The position numbers and the translations under genes were made by a program. A stretch of DNA of 64,000 bases, taken from the NCBI GenBank assembly GCA_902623685.1, contig CACNUQ010000001.1:51667-115666 (forward strand). The letters run 5' to 3'. Each line of letters begins with the position of its first letter. The first letter of the stretch is position 1. This document shows, piece after piece, positions 37,120 through 49,915 of the stretch. Source of the stretch: an uncultured SAR86 cluster bacterium (GTDB lineage: Bacteria; Pseudomonadota; Gammaproteobacteria; Magnimaribacterales; D2472). The notes under the pieces are model-generated. The model saw nothing but the letters and a program-made list of their open reading frames with translations, searched no databases and was not told the origin of the DNA.

Positions 37120-39535
37120 TAGATGACTTTAAAATAATATTTTTTGAGGATGGCCCTATTAAAATTTCATATGATCCCCCTTTAATCTGCCATCTTTTTC
37201 CATCTATAGACCAGTATGAAAAATTTCTTTGAGTAAGTATTATCTCAACATTTTTTTCATCATTAGCATCAATATTGACTTTACAAAAGCCTTGAAGTGT
37301 CTTGATAGGCTCATTCTCTAAAATATTTGAATAACGAATATAACATTGGGCTATTTCAGAACCTGCAGTTTCTCCTTTATTTTTAATAGTGAATTTGCAT
37401 AAAACTTCTTTGTTATCTTTTAGTTCTACTTCTAAATTTTTATACTCAAATTCTGTATAGGATAAGCCATGGCCAAAGCAAAATAGAGGCTTAATATCTT
37501 TCTTTTCATACCATTTATAACCAACTAAAAGTTTTTCGCCATAGTTCATTTGTAAATTTTCACCAGGGTATGATTCAAAAGCTGGAGTGTCTTCAATTCT
37601 TGCAGGGAATGATGTTGGCAATTTACCAGAAGGATTTATTGAACCAGACAAAATATCATACAAGGCATTACCAAATTCCTGTCCCGCAAACCATGCTTGC
37701 AATACAGCCTTTGCTTTATCTAATAAGGGAATATTTACTGGTGAGCCAGTATTAATTACTAATGCTGTATTTTCGTTAGCATTTAGTACTGCTTCAATTA
37801 GAGTATTTTGATTCGCAGGTAAATTAAAATCAGCTCTATCATTGCCCTCAGTCTCCCAGTCAGAGTTGGTTCCAACAATTAAAATTACTTGATCTGCTTC
37901 AGAGGCAATATCAATGGCCTCTGAAAATAAATCAACCTCATCAGGAGGTTGACAGCCAATATAGACAGCGGGGAAATTACCTTGAAAATAATACTCTATT
38001 ACTATTTTATAGGTTTCTCCTTTTTTAAAATTTGCAATTCCTTTTTTGGAGGCTGATCCAAAAGTAAAAAATGCCTCACCCGGCTCAATATTATTCCAAT
38101 TATCAATAAGCTCTTTATTATCAATAAACATGCGACACTGGCCTATACCAAAAATCTCAAATTCATGCGGGCCAGAAATATCTGGAGCATATTCACAGGA
38201 AAATTTTACTGATGTTTTTGGTCTCTCCTCTTTAGCAATTATCTCTTTGGCAAAACCTTCAAAGACCCAGAATTTACTACCTATTAAATTTTCTTGAAAG
38301 AGTAAATTTTTATCAAAACTTTCTCCATCAAAGTATTCCACTAAGAAACCCTCCGAGGATTTCATCAGCTTTTCATTAATTTTTGGAAGATACTTATGCG
38401 TATGACAACCTTTTGAATACAAAATTTCTGTTTTAGCTCCTATTCTTTCTTGAATTGCTTCAAGTGGATGAACTTGATAATGGGGTCTTAGGCTCGCACT
38501 CCCACCTCCAATAATCTGTGCCTCTTTTGCATTAGGGCCAATTATTGCTAATTTTTTTATATCTTTTTTCAGGGGTAACATACCGTCGTTTTTTAAAAGA
38601 ACCATTCCGTCAGCCGCTGCTTTTCTTAATAATTTTCTATGCTCGGGATTATCAATAGCCTCTTCATTCTTGATTTCTGGTTGATCAAAACGTTTTGAGA
38701 ATTCTGCTATAGATAAGATTCTTTTTACCTTGTCGTCAATTAAATCTTCTGCAACTCTTTTGCTTTTGATTGCATCTATCAATGCATTTCCCCAAACATT
38801 GCCTGGTCCAGGCATTTCAAGATCTAGTCCTCCATTTGCATTTTCTTCAGTTTCAAGAGCTGCTCCCCAGTCACTTACAACATATCCATCAAAACCCCAT
38901 TCTTTTTTTAAAATATCTATTAGTATTTCCTGATGTGAACTACAGTAGATATTATTTAATTTGTTGTAAGCACTCATTACAACTTTTGCATTTCCTTCTT
39001 TCACTCCTATTTCAAATGGAAGAAGATATATCTCTCTGAGTGTTTGTTCATCAATATTTGAGCTGATTGAATGCCTTTCAAACTCAGTATCATTGCCTAC
39101 AAAATGCTTCAGGCAGGCTGCAACATTTTGAGATTGGACGCCCTGAACGTAACTAGATGCAATTTTTCCAGTTAAAAATGGATCTTCTGAAAAATTCTCA
39201 AAATGTCTGCCACCCAGCGGATGTCTATGAATGTTAATGGTAGGACCTAAGAGCACATCCACATCTTTTGCTTGAGCTTCTTCGCCCAAAGCCACCCCTA
39301 TTTTTTTGACTTGATCTAGATCCCAAGAAGAGCTAATGGATATAGCGCAAGGAAAACAGGCTGATGATTTTCCTGAATTGGAATCTCCTCTTACACCATT
39401 TGGTCCATCCGACATCTTAATGCTTGGAATACCTTTTCTATCAATCTTATTGGTATACCAACTATTAAATCCACTCAGAAGAGATACTTTTTCTTCTAAT
39501 GTAAGGTCATTAATAATTTGATCTATCTTACTCAT
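37088..39535 (-). CDS. GH3 beta-glucosidase with PA14 insertion and FnIII domain, cytoplasmic
   Basis: SDGPNGVRG, GR.FE.FSEDP, KHF, MSAYN, SDW nucleophile, FGHGLSYT; no signal peptide. Confidence 0.93.
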   Translation of the reverse strand: MSKIDQIINDLTLEEKVSLLSGFNSWYTNKIDRKGIPSIKMSDGPNGVRGDSNSGKSSACFPCAISISSSWDLDQVKKIGVALGEEAQAKDVDVLLGPTINIHRHPLGGRHFENFSEDPFLTGKIASSYVQGVQSQNVAACLKHFVGNDTEFERHSISSNIDEQTLREIYLLPFEIGVKEGNAKVVMSAYNKLNNIYCSSHQEILIDILKKEWGFDGYVVSDWGAALETEENANGGLDLEMPGPGNVWGNALIDAIKSKRVAEDLIDDKVKRILSIAEFSKRFDQPEIKNEEAIDNPEHRKLLRKAAADGMVLLKNDGMLPLKKDIKKLAIIGPNAKEAQIIGGGSASLRPHYQVHPLEAIQERIGAKTEILYSKGCHTHKYLPKINEKLMKSSEGFLVEYFDGESFDKNLLFQENLIGSKFWVFEGFAKEIIAKEERPKTSVKFSCEYAPDISGPHEFEIFGIGQCRMFIDNKELIDNWNNIEPGEAFFTFGSASKKGIANFKKGETYKIVIEYYFQGNFPAVYIGCQPPDEVDLFSEAIDIASEADQVILIVGTNSDWETEGNDRADFNLPANQNTLIEAVLNANENTALVINTGSPVNIPLLDKAKAVLQAWFAGQEFGNALYDILSGSINPSGKLPTSFPARIEDTPAFESYPGENLQMNYGEKLLVGYKWYEKKDIKPLFCFGHGLSYTEFEYKNLEVELKDNKEVLCKFTIKNKGETAGSEIAQCYIRYSNILENEPIKTLQGFCKVNIDANDEKNVEIILTQRNFSYWSIDGKRWQIKGGSYEILIGPSSKNIILKSSINLEKALEVL

Positions 39536-39577
39536 GAGTTAATCTTAATTCCTTTAAAGCTAAAAACACACTCTTAT

Positions 39578-40291
39578 ATGCCACCAGAGTTTATTATCTT
39601 CTTCTCTATATTATCTTTTTTAACCTCTTTATTAACTTCTATTTTTAGTGTTGGCGGTGGTCTGATAATGCTTGTTGCACTGGCCCAATATTTTTCGCCT
39701 GGAATACTTATCCCGTTGCATGGGGCAATTCAGCTCTCAAACAATTTATCAAGAACTTTTGTGTATCGGGAATTTTATAAATGGAAGCTTATTAAAAACA
39801 TTTTAGCGGCTAGTATATTCGGTGCATTTAGTGGAATTTTATTATTTGGCTCTGTACCAGAACAATTTTTAATTTGGCTAATTGCTGGCACTATTTTATT
39901 TTTTACGTGGGCTCCTTTAGATAACTTTATTCTCTCCATAATGAGAAATGATTGGTTTTGTGGATTTATTTCTGGTTTTGCAGGTGTTTTTATCGGGGCA
40001 AATGGACCTTTAGTAACGGCTTACATGAGAACAAAAAACTTGTCACCGGAAGTATTAGTAGCCAATCATGGCGCCGTTATGATTTTTCAGCATTCTTTTA
40101 AAATTATTTTATTTATATATTTTTTTAGTTTTTCTCTTTTAGAGTACCTTTTATTTATTTTTGCCCTTGCTGTTGCTGGTTATGCGGGCGCATTACTAGG
40201 TAAAAAATTAATTTCATATATTTCATACGAAAAATTCTATATTTTCCTGAAGTTACTTTTATCTGCGCTTGCTTTAATTTTATTATTCTAA
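39578..40291 (+). CDS. TauE/SafE (TSUP) family membrane transporter
   Basis: GGG near the N-terminus, P.HG..QL.NN, G..GP; ATG 39578 preferred over the track start 39518. Confidence 0.8.
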   Translation: MPPEFIIFFSILSFLTSLLTSIFSVGGGLIMLVALAQYFSPGILIPLHGAIQLSNNLSRTFVYREFYKWKLIKNILAASIFGAFSGILLFGSVPEQFLIWLIAGTILFFTWAPLDNFILSIMRNDWFCGFISGFAGVFIGANGPLVTAYMRTKNLSPEVLVANHGAVMIFQHSFKIILFIYFFSFSLLEYLLFIFALAVAGYAGALLGKKLISYISYEKFYIFLKLLLSALALILLF

Positions 40292-40362
40292 GGGATTTAT
40301 AAAATAATAATGTGCATTGATTTAAAATTCTTCGTACAATCAAATTAACAAATGAGAATTAT

Positions 40363-41250
40363 ATGAAATTAGTAGCGGGGCTTTTTGGCCTAGAAAATTT
40401 TTATGGCGGAGATATTTTATCTTTAATCGAAATTTCTCAAATGGCTGAAGAGCTAGGCTTTGACTCTGTTAGTGTTACCGATCATGTAGTAATGGGTAAA
40501 AATCTTCACAAATATCCATTCGGAAAATTTCCACTTCCATCTGAAGCACCATGGTATGAGCCATTATCACTACTAACTATGATTGCCTCAAATACAAAAA
40601 AGATAAACTTAGCTACAGCTGTGCTTATTGCACCCCTCCGAAATCCTGCATTACTAGCAAAGAATGCTGCTACCCTGGATGCTATTTCTAAAGGGCGCTT
40701 AGAACTCGGAGTTGGCCTAGGTTGGCAAAAAGAAGAATTTGATACTGCTGGGGTTAGCTTTGAGAATCGAGCAGAGATCTTTTGGGAAACTTTAGATATC
40801 TGTAAATTACTATGGGAAGACAGCCCAGTTTCATTTCATGGCAAAAACTTTAATTTTGATGATATTTGGTGTCATCCTCAACCTGCTCAAGGTAAAGATT
40901 TGCCTTTATTATTTGGCTTAAAAATGACGTCTGAAAATGCTTCCAGAATTGCTAAAGTTGGACATGGATGGATTCCGATTAAAACAAGTAGAGAGTTTAT
41001 TTCTGAAGGAAAAGAAATATTGTCTGAAGCTTTTATTAAAGCGGGAAGGGAGGATCAGCCAAGAATTAGGGGCCAACTTCCCACATGCATTGATGATAAT
41101 GGTGTTCCTAATATCGAGCTCACTCTTCAGGAATTAGAAAAATCTTTTGCTGCCGGTTTAAATGAAGTTGAGATTTTTCCAATAAATTTTGTGCAAGAGC
41201 CTGATGATATTTATAAAGTTCTTAAATTAATTGCAGGGGTAAAAAAATAA
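40363..41250 (+). CDS. Luciferase-like (LLM) flavin-dependent oxidoreductase, Rv2161c-like
   Basis: AEELGFDS..V.DHV, PLRNP.LLAK..ATLD.IS.GRL.LGVG.GW..EEF, P.P.Q. Confidence 0.87.
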   Translation: MKLVAGLFGLENFYGGDILSLIEISQMAEELGFDSVSVTDHVVMGKNLHKYPFGKFPLPSEAPWYEPLSLLTMIASNTKKINLATAVLIAPLRNPALLAKNAATLDAISKGRLELGVGLGWQKEEFDTAGVSFENRAEIFWETLDICKLLWEDSPVSFHGKNFNFDDIWCHPQPAQGKDLPLLFGLKMTSENASRIAKVGHGWIPIKTSREFISEGKEILSEAFIKAGREDQPRIRGQLPTCIDDNGVPNIELTLQELEKSFAAGLNEVEIFPINFVQEPDDIYKVLKLIAGVKK

Positions 41251-41687
41251 TGGAAGAAAATATTGTTTCATCAAAGGTATCAAATTTAATGGCACCAACA
41301 AAATTATCAAATTTATATGCAATGTACATTGATAATAGAAAGTTTTCGTCTCTTGGTACTATTATGTGGGACGAATTTTCTATGCATGGACATTATGAGA
41401 TTAACGGCTTAAAGAATTTCATAGCTGCTATGCAGCAACTAGAAAACTATAAAAGTACCATGCATCAAATCATGAATGTAAATGGAGAATGGCAAGAAAA
41501 CACTTATAAAGGACAAACATACTGTATTGCTAGTCATATGTTTGACAAGGATGGTAAAACACATAAATTGGACATGGGCATAATTTATGGCGATGTTATC
41601 GAGGTGCGTGAGAGTAAGGCTAAATTCATTTCCAGAAATTTTAACCTTCAATGGCAAAAAACAGATATTTTAGATACTTTAGAGTAA
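41250..41687 (+). CDS. SnoaL/NTF2-like protein
   Basis: YA..ID.R, TMH...N, YC.A.H, Y.D pattern; 1-nt overlap with the LLM gene. Confidence 0.8.
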   Translation: MEENIVSSKVSNLMAPTKLSNLYAMYIDNRKFSSLGTIMWDEFSMHGHYEINGLKNFIAAMQQLENYKSTMHQIMNVNGEWQENTYKGQTYCIASHMFDKDGKTHKLDMGIIYGDVIEVRESKAKFISRNFNLQWQKTDILDTLE

Positions 41688-41689
41688 AG

Positions 41690-42592
41690 TTAATTTCTGT
41701 TAGATTGTCTTAGGCATTGTTCAAAAAAATCAATTAATAAATTCATGTTTTCCATTCCTGCGTAATCTGGCCTTGTAACAAGCGCTATCTCACGGTGAGG
41801 GCCTGGCTCATTTAGATGGGCAATAAAGAAGTCTTTTTTACTTCCTATTAATTCCTTTAGAGCCATTTTAGGTATTAAGGTTGTTCCCATTCTTCCCTTC
41901 ACTAATTGAATAATTGTATTAAGACTCGAAGCCTTTAATGAATATTTGCTAGAGGAAGAAAAGTTACATGCACCAAGGATATGGTCTTTTAAGCAATGAC
42001 CATCTTCAAGGAGTAATAGGTCAGCATTTTCTAATTCGGAAGCTTTAATTTCAGTTTTACCAGCATTTTTATCTTGAGTGTTTGACACCCAAAAAAAATC
42101 TTCTTCCCAGAATTTAAAGGTAGTTAAATCTTTGGTGTCATATGGAAGTGCTAAAATCGCCATGTCTAAATCACCTTCATTAACTTTATCTAATAGTATT
42201 TGAGATTGCCCTTCTTCTATTTTAAATTTTAAATTGGAAAATTTTTTTCTTACTTTCGGTAGTATTAATGGAAGAAAATATGGACTTATTGTAGGAATGA
42301 TGCCGAGAGATATTGAAGAACCAAGGAATCCCGAACTATGTTGAGCAAGTTCATTAATACTATTGATCTCTAATTTTATTTTCTTAGCTTTGGCTAAAAT
42401 TTCTTTTCCTATGCTAGTCAAAATAACTTTTTTATTGTTTCTCTCAAAAATTTTTACGCCTAGATATGATTCCAGCTCAGTAATAGCATTACTTAATGTT
42501 GATGGTGATATAAAACATTCATCAGCCGCCTTTTTAAAGTGTAAATTCTTTTCAACTGCTAGGGCATATTTGATTTGTTTAAGGGTCAGCAT
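41690..42592 (-). CDS. oxyR: Hydrogen-peroxide-sensing LysR regulator
   Basis: LysR HTH; EDGHCLKDHILGAC carries both redox cysteines 9 residues apart; divergent from katG. Confidence 0.9.
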   Translation of the reverse strand: MLTLKQIKYALAVEKNLHFKKAADECFISPSTLSNAITELESYLGVKIFERNNKKVILTSIGKEILAKAKKIKLEINSINELAQHSSGFLGSSISLGIIPTISPYFLPLILPKVRKKFSNLKFKIEEGQSQILLDKVNEGDLDMAILALPYDTKDLTTFKFWEEDFFWVSNTQDKNAGKTEIKASELENADLLLLEDGHCLKDHILGACNFSSSSKYSLKASSLNTIIQLVKGRMGTTLIPKMALKELIGSKKDFFIAHLNEPGPHREIALVTRPDYAGMENMNLLIDFFEQCLRQSNRN

Positions 42593-42705
42593 ATATATAT
42601 TAAAATTCTATCATTTAAAAAATCGAATGTAACATTCTTTTTTTATATATTTACCAATATATAAAATTTGTTGTAATATTATCGTTACCACAGCTTACGC
42701 AGTGA

Positions 42706-44874
<2,169 letters not shown>

Positions 44875-44894
44875 AAAAGTCTACCCAATTAAAG

Positions 44895-44920
44895 AAAAGG
44901 GGCTTATTAGCCCCTTTTTT
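44895..44920. terminator. Rho-independent terminator after katG, probably bidirectional
   Basis: AAAAGGGGCT-TATT-AGCCCCTTTTTT. Confidence 0.88.
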
Positions 44921-44949
44921 ATTTAAAAATTTTTTATCAAACAGATAGC

Positions 44950-45130
44950 TCAATAATGAGGGGGTTTCTCATAATCTATTGGAGGGAAAGATGATTTTTT
45001 TTAGCGAAGTATTTTTTCTCTTATTCTTAGAATATTTTGACATTACATCAGCCGCATCATCTACTGCAGATGGCAATTCTTTCTTATTAGATCTTGATTT
45101 ATGTATGTAAGTTGTTTTTCTTATGCTCAT
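44950..45130 (-). pseudogene. Small ORF with a SlyX-like EKPPHY C-terminus, interrupted by one extra base in an A8 run
   Basis: From ATG 45130 the frame reads MSIRKTT...TSLKKIIFPSNRL* (stop ends 44969). Removing one base of the run at 44995-45002 gives ...LKKSSFPPIDYEKPPHY*. Confidence 0.4.
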
Positions 45131-45194
45131 AACCATTATTTTACATAATCATTATATATTTTGATCAATTAAGAATGTTTAGTATCATTCGATA

Positions 45195-45677
45195 ATGAAA
45201 ATTGCAATTTATCCAGGGTCATTTGATCCAATAACATTTGGGCATATTGATATTGTAGAGAGAGCCGCTAGCCTTTTTGATAAAGTAATTCTTGGTGTCG
45301 CTGAAAGTCAATCTAAGAATCCACTGTTTTCCGTAGATGAGAGAATAGAGCTTATCTCAGATATTTTTAAAGATAATTCTAAGATTGAGGCCATAGGCTA
45401 TTCAAAACAGCTAACAGTTGATTTGGCTAGAGATAATAATGCTACTGCAATTATCAGAGGTTTGAGAGCTGTTGCAGATTTCGAATATGAATTTCAATTG
45501 GCAACAATGAATAGAAGCTTGGCTCCAGACATTGAAAGTATATTTTTTACTCCAAAGGATACCCTAATATATGTTTCATCTAGCTTGGTGAAAGAAATTG
45601 CTACTTTTGGCGGTGATGTTTCAAGGTTTGTTCCAGAAAATGTCAAAGTCGCCTTAGAAAATAAAATTGCTGGCTAA
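45195..45677 (+). CDS. coaD: Phosphopantetheine adenylyltransferase
   Basis: YPGSFDPITFGH, RGLRAVADFEYE, SSSLVKE. Confidence 0.97.
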   Translation: MKIAIYPGSFDPITFGHIDIVERAASLFDKVILGVAESQSKNPLFSVDERIELISDIFKDNSKIEAIGYSKQLTVDLARDNNATAIIRGLRAVADFEYEFQLATMNRSLAPDIESIFFTPKDTLIYVSSSLVKEIATFGGDVSRFVPENVKVALENKIAG

Positions 45678-46486
45678 ACTTGGCATTTTTTACAAAAAAA
45701 TGTTGCTCTTTGTGCTTGAACGATCCTTGTTATTTCTTCTTTTTTGCAAGATAAACAATTTTTATTGCCACGATCGTAAACAGATAAATCAATTTTAAAA
45801 TAACCTTTATTACCGTCTGGTTGATAAAAATCTTGAAGAGTGGTTCCGCCTGCTTCTATGGCCTGCTTCAAGATTATTTTTGTTGATTCAGCAATTCTAA
45901 TATTTTCTTTTTTTGTTAAAGTTTTGCATTTTCTTGTTGGTCGAATTTTCGAATTAAATAAAATTTCATTTGCATAAATGTTTCCTATGCCAACAACATT
46001 TTTTTGATTCATTAGAGCATTTTTGATTGGCGATTTAGATTTTTTAGTCTTATTAAAAAGATACATACCATTAAATTCTGAGGATAATGGTTCTGGCCCA
46101 AGATTCTTTAATAAGAAATGATTTTTAGGGTCTCTAATAAAATGCATTGAACCAAATCTTCTTGGATCATTAAAAATTATTTTTTCATCCTCAAAAATAA
46201 ATTCAATATGGTCATGCTTTTTGTAAAATTTTGAATTTTTTTTATCAATTCTGAGAGTTCCCGTCATACCTAGATGAATCAAAATTTGAAATTCATCAAC
46301 ATTTAAAAGTATGTATTTAGCTCTTCTCGTAATATTTTTTACTTTTTTTCCATGCAGCTTTTGAAAAGGCTTTCTATTTACTTTCCATCTTAGGTTAGGA
46401 TTAAAAATTTTTATAGATTCAATATGCTGATTTCGGAATTTTTGAATTGCTTGAACTGAGGTTTCTACCTCTGGCAATTCAGGCAT
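45674..46486 (-). CDS. mutM: Formamidopyrimidine-DNA glycosylase
   Basis: PELPEVE, HLGMTG, DPRRFG, GIGNIYA.E, C-terminal C4 zinc finger. Confidence 0.97.
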   Translation of the reverse strand: MPELPEVETSVQAIQKFRNQHIESIKIFNPNLRWKVNRKPFQKLHGKKVKNITRRAKYILLNVDEFQILIHLGMTGTLRIDKKNSKFYKKHDHIEFIFEDEKIIFNDPRRFGSMHFIRDPKNHFLLKNLGPEPLSSEFNGMYLFNKTKKSKSPIKNALMNQKNVVGIGNIYANEILFNSKIRPTRKCKTLTKKENIRIAESTKIILKQAIEAGGTTLQDFYQPDGNKGYFKIDLSVYDRGNKNCLSCKKEEITRIVQAQRATFFCKKCQV

Positions 46487-46491
46487 ATTTT

Positions 46492-47823
46492 TTAACCGAG
46501 CAAATTGTTGATTTCAAGAAGATTCTCAGGAGTAAGAGTCCCGGCAGCTAAGTGCAAGCGAAGGGTTGTTATTAAATAATCATATTTAGCATTTGAAAGA
46601 TTTCGTTCTGCACTATATAGATTTTTTTCTGCTTGGAGCAAATCAACAATATTTCTGGTGCCAACCTCATATCCAACTCTCGTGGCTTCAAGCGCACTAG
46701 ATGCTGAGACAACTGCTTGTTTTTGCGCTCTAAGATTTGCAACTAATGTAATAACATTGGAGTATTGGCTTCTTACATCTTGTATAACGCTTCTTTCAGT
46801 AAATAATGCATCTTCAGATGATTTATTTGACTCTGCATATGCTTGCTTAGTTCTAGATATAACAGCTCCGCCTTGAAATATTGGCATCGAAAGTTGCAGG
46901 CTGTATGTGTCTCGTTGAGTTTCATCTGGAACAGTAATATTGAAAGCACCCCCAGTATTAAGTCCATCAAAAGAATATTGATTAGTTTCTGATTCTGATT
47001 GTGTTCCTACAATATCTACTTTTGGCAAGTGATTTGATGCTACGCTTCTAGCGTTATTTTTTGATGCAAATTTTCTCAGGTTAGCAGCTTGTAACCTAAA
47101 ATTATTTTTTACAGCCTTTCTTGCCCATTCTTCTTTAGATGCTGGGACGGGATTTGATACGTTTAAGTCATTAACCAATCCATCAATAGAAATAATTTCT
47201 CTCCCCACTAATGCATTTAAAGATTCTTTTGCTGTATAAACTTCTCCTTCAATTCTTGTTCTTGCTGCAAGGCTTAGATCAAATGCTAATTGAGCCTCCT
47301 GAACTTCTGTAATTGCAGATAAACCTACTTCATATCTTTGTCTAATTTGATCTAACTGTTTTTTTATAGCTTTTTCTTCTGATCTGGCAGCACTTAAATT
47401 ATCAATTGCTCTTAAAACATTAAAGTAAAGCTCAGCTGTTCTTACTATCAAAGCTTGTTGTGAGTATGCAAAATCTGCCTCTGCAGCATCCGTAAGAAAT
47501 TTAGATTGTCGATATTTAAACCAAGAATCAAGCCTTAGCAATGGTTGTGTTAAGCGAGCAGAAGTACTGAAATTATTATACTCATTTTGAAGGTTGCCAT
47601 TTTGATAGTATTCATTCCAATTTGTTTGAGCGCTGATCGAAATATTTGGAAGTAGCCCAGCCCTTCCTTGAACTTTAATCTCTTTGCCAGATAAATATGA
47701 AAACTCTGCAGATTTATATTGTGGATCATTTTCCAATGCATCGTTATAAATATCTAAAAGACTATCAGCTGGGACGTTAACACCGAAGCAGAGTAGTATT
47801 GCGAGCAATATATTATTTTTCAT
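46492..47823 (-). CDS. tolC: TolC outer-membrane efflux channel
   Basis: Signal peptide, A..NDP, LLP, YF.VL.A, GYEVGTRNIVDLL.A; divergent from parE as in other Gammaproteobacteria. Confidence 0.92.
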   Translation of the reverse strand: MKNNILLAILLCFGVNVPADSLLDIYNDALENDPQYKSAEFSYLSGKEIKVQGRAGLLPNISISAQTNWNEYYQNGNLQNEYNNFSTSARLTQPLLRLDSWFKYRQSKFLTDAAEADFAYSQQALIVRTAELYFNVLRAIDNLSAARSEEKAIKKQLDQIRQRYEVGLSAITEVQEAQLAFDLSLAARTRIEGEVYTAKESLNALVGREIISIDGLVNDLNVSNPVPASKEEWARKAVKNNFRLQAANLRKFASKNNARSVASNHLPKVDIVGTQSESETNQYSFDGLNTGGAFNITVPDETQRDTYSLQLSMPIFQGGAVISRTKQAYAESNKSSEDALFTERSVIQDVRSQYSNVITLVANLRAQKQAVVSASSALEATRVGYEVGTRNIVDLLQAEKNLYSAERNLSNAKYDYLITTLRLHLAAGTLTPENLLEINNLLG

Positions 47824-47851
47824 ATTGATTATTAATGTTTACAGTGCACAC

Positions 47852-47881
47852 ATTAGAACTTAAATGTGACATATATGTCAA
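47852..47881 (-). promoter_or_regulatory. tolC promoter with an overlapping palindromic operator candidate
   Basis: Minus-strand TTGACA (47881-76)-18 nt-TCTAAT; perfect 14-bp palindrome TGACATATATGTCA at 47867-47880. Confidence 0.55.
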
Positions 47882-48023
47882 GTTAACTTTACATTTAAAT
47901 ATAACTCCAGTTATTTTAATCTATTGTAAATAAATCTCCTAAAATCTATTAAATTAAAACAATTCTTTTAATTTACTTAGAGTAGAATATTAATAAATGG
48001 CTTAGAAGTATTAGGAAAAATAA

Positions 48024-49913
48024 TTGGCTAAAAATTACGATTCAGAGTCGATAGAAGTTCTATCAGGCTTAGATCCGGTCCGAAAAAGACCGGGCATGTA
48101 TACAGATACCTCTTCGCCTAATCATCTAATACAAGAGGTTTTAGATAATTCCATTGATGAGGCCTTAGCAGGTTATTGTTCCAAGATAAAAGTTTCTATT
48201 CATAAGGACGGGGTAATATTAGTTACTGACGATGGAAGAGGCATGCCAGTAGATATTCATCCAGAGCATAAAGTTTCAGGCGTTGAGTTAATAATGTGTA
48301 GGCTTCATGCTGGAGCTAAATTTTCAGGCGAGGATTATAATTTTTCTGGAGGTTTGCATGGCGTTGGTGTTTCAGTTGTAAACGCTCTATCAAAAACCCT
48401 GTCTGTCGAAATTAAAAGAGATGGACAAAAGTTTGAGATGAAATTTAATGGCGGTGAAAAAAAATCTGATCTTAAGAAAATTGGAGATATTGGACTTAGA
48501 AATACTGGAACAGCCATAAGTTTTGTGCCAGATGATCAATACTTCGAAACAGTAAAAATTGATAAATCAAATCTTAAACATTTACTTAAGGCAAAAGCTG
48601 TTCTGTGCCCTGGACTAACAATTGAATATTTTGATGAGAAAAAAAGCGAAAAAATTTCATGGAATTATGAAAACGGCCTCATTTCTTATTTATCAGAATC
48701 TTCTGAAGACATAGAGTTGCTTTTGGGAGAATCAATATCTTGCAGTAAATCTGGAGACGATAATGCGCTTGATTTTGTCTTAAACTGGTCAACTAAGCCA
48801 GCAAGGAATTTAATGAATGAATCCTATGTAAATCTTATTCCAACTGCACAGGGAGGATCTCATTTGAATGGATTCAAAGCAGGTCTTCTTGAGTCAGTCA
48901 AAGAATTTTGTGAATTTAGAAATTTAATTCCGAAAGGTTTAAAAATAAATGCTGATGATGTGGTGCAACATAGTACTTTTATTATTTCCTCTAAATTAAC
49001 AAACCCTCAATTCGCTGGGCAAACTAAAGAGAGGCTAGATTCAAAAGATCATCAAGCTTTTGTTAACTCCACAACAAAAGATATTCTAAGCATCTGGTTT
49101 AATCAGCATACAGAAGAAGGTGAAAAATTGGCTGAGTTGGCCATTGCTTCAGCTCAAGCAAGAGTAAAAGAGACGAAAGTAGTTGATCGAAAGAAAACTT
49201 TTCAAGGTCCAGCTCTCCCTGGCAAACTTTCAGACTGCAACAGCACAGATTTATCGGAAACAGAATTATTTTTTGTAGAGGGAGATTCTGCAGGTGGCTC
49301 TGCCAAGCAGTCAAGAGAAAGAAAATTTCAAGCAATCATGCCCCTAAGAGGTAAAATTTTAAATACCTGGGACCTTGAAAGTGCTGAGATCATTAAATCG
49401 GCTGAAATCAAAGATATTGCAACTGCCATTGGTGTAAATCCTGGAAGTTCAGACATTGAATCACTGCGTTATGGAAAAATATGTATTTTGGCTGACGCAG
49501 ACTCAGATGGTCTACATATTGCTACGTTACTATGCGCTCTTTTTCTGCGACATTACAAACCATTGATTCAAGCTGGACATATTTTTGTAGCAATGCCTCC
49601 ATTATTCAGAATAGATTGTGCAAAAGAAGTTTTTTATGCCTTAGATGAAGATGAAAAAGACTCTATAGTTAAAAATTTAAAAACTAGGGCTGGTAAACCA
49701 AAAATTGATATTCAAAGATTCAAAGGTTTAGGTGAGATGAATCCTTCTCAATTAAGAGAAACGGTAATGGATCCGAAAACAAGAAGGCTTGTAAAGCTAA
49801 CTATTACCTCTTCAGATAATGTAAATAACATGATGGATCTATTGCTATCAAAAAAGAATGCTGGAGCAAGAAAAGAATGGCTTGAAAAAAGAGGCAAAAT
49901 TGTAAGTGTTTAG
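48024..49913 (+). CDS. parE: DNA topoisomerase IV subunit B
   Basis: [62 protein letters not shown]; TTG start. Confidence 0.97.
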   Translation: MAKNYDSESIEVLSGLDPVRKRPGMYTDTSSPNHLIQEVLDNSIDEALAGYCSKIKVSIHKDGVILVTDDGRGMPVDIHPEHKVSGVELIMCRLHAGAKFSGEDYNFSGGLHGVGVSVVNALSKTLSVEIKRDGQKFEMKFNGGEKKSDLKKIGDIGLRNTGTAISFVPDDQYFETVKIDKSNLKHLLKAKAVLCPGLTIEYFDEKKSEKISWNYENGLISYLSESSEDIELLLGESISCSKSGDDNALDFVLNWSTKPARNLMNESYVNLIPTAQGGSHLNGFKAGLLESVKEFCEFRNLIPKGLKINADDVVQHSTFIISSKLTNPQFAGQTKERLDSKDHQAFVNSTTKDILSIWFNQHTEEGEKLAELAIASAQARVKETKVVDRKKTFQGPALPGKLSDCNSTDLSETELFFVEGDSAGGSAKQSRERKFQAIMPLRGKILNTWDLESAEIIKSAEIKDIATAIGVNPGSSDIESLRYGKICILADADSDGLHIATLLCALFLRHYKPLIQAGHIFVAMPPLFRIDCAKEVFYALDEDEKDSIVKNLKTRAGKPKIDIQRFKGLGEMNPSQLRETVMDPKTRRLVKLTITSSDNVNNMMDLLLSKKNAGARKEWLEKRGKIVSV

Positions 49914-49915
49914 TT

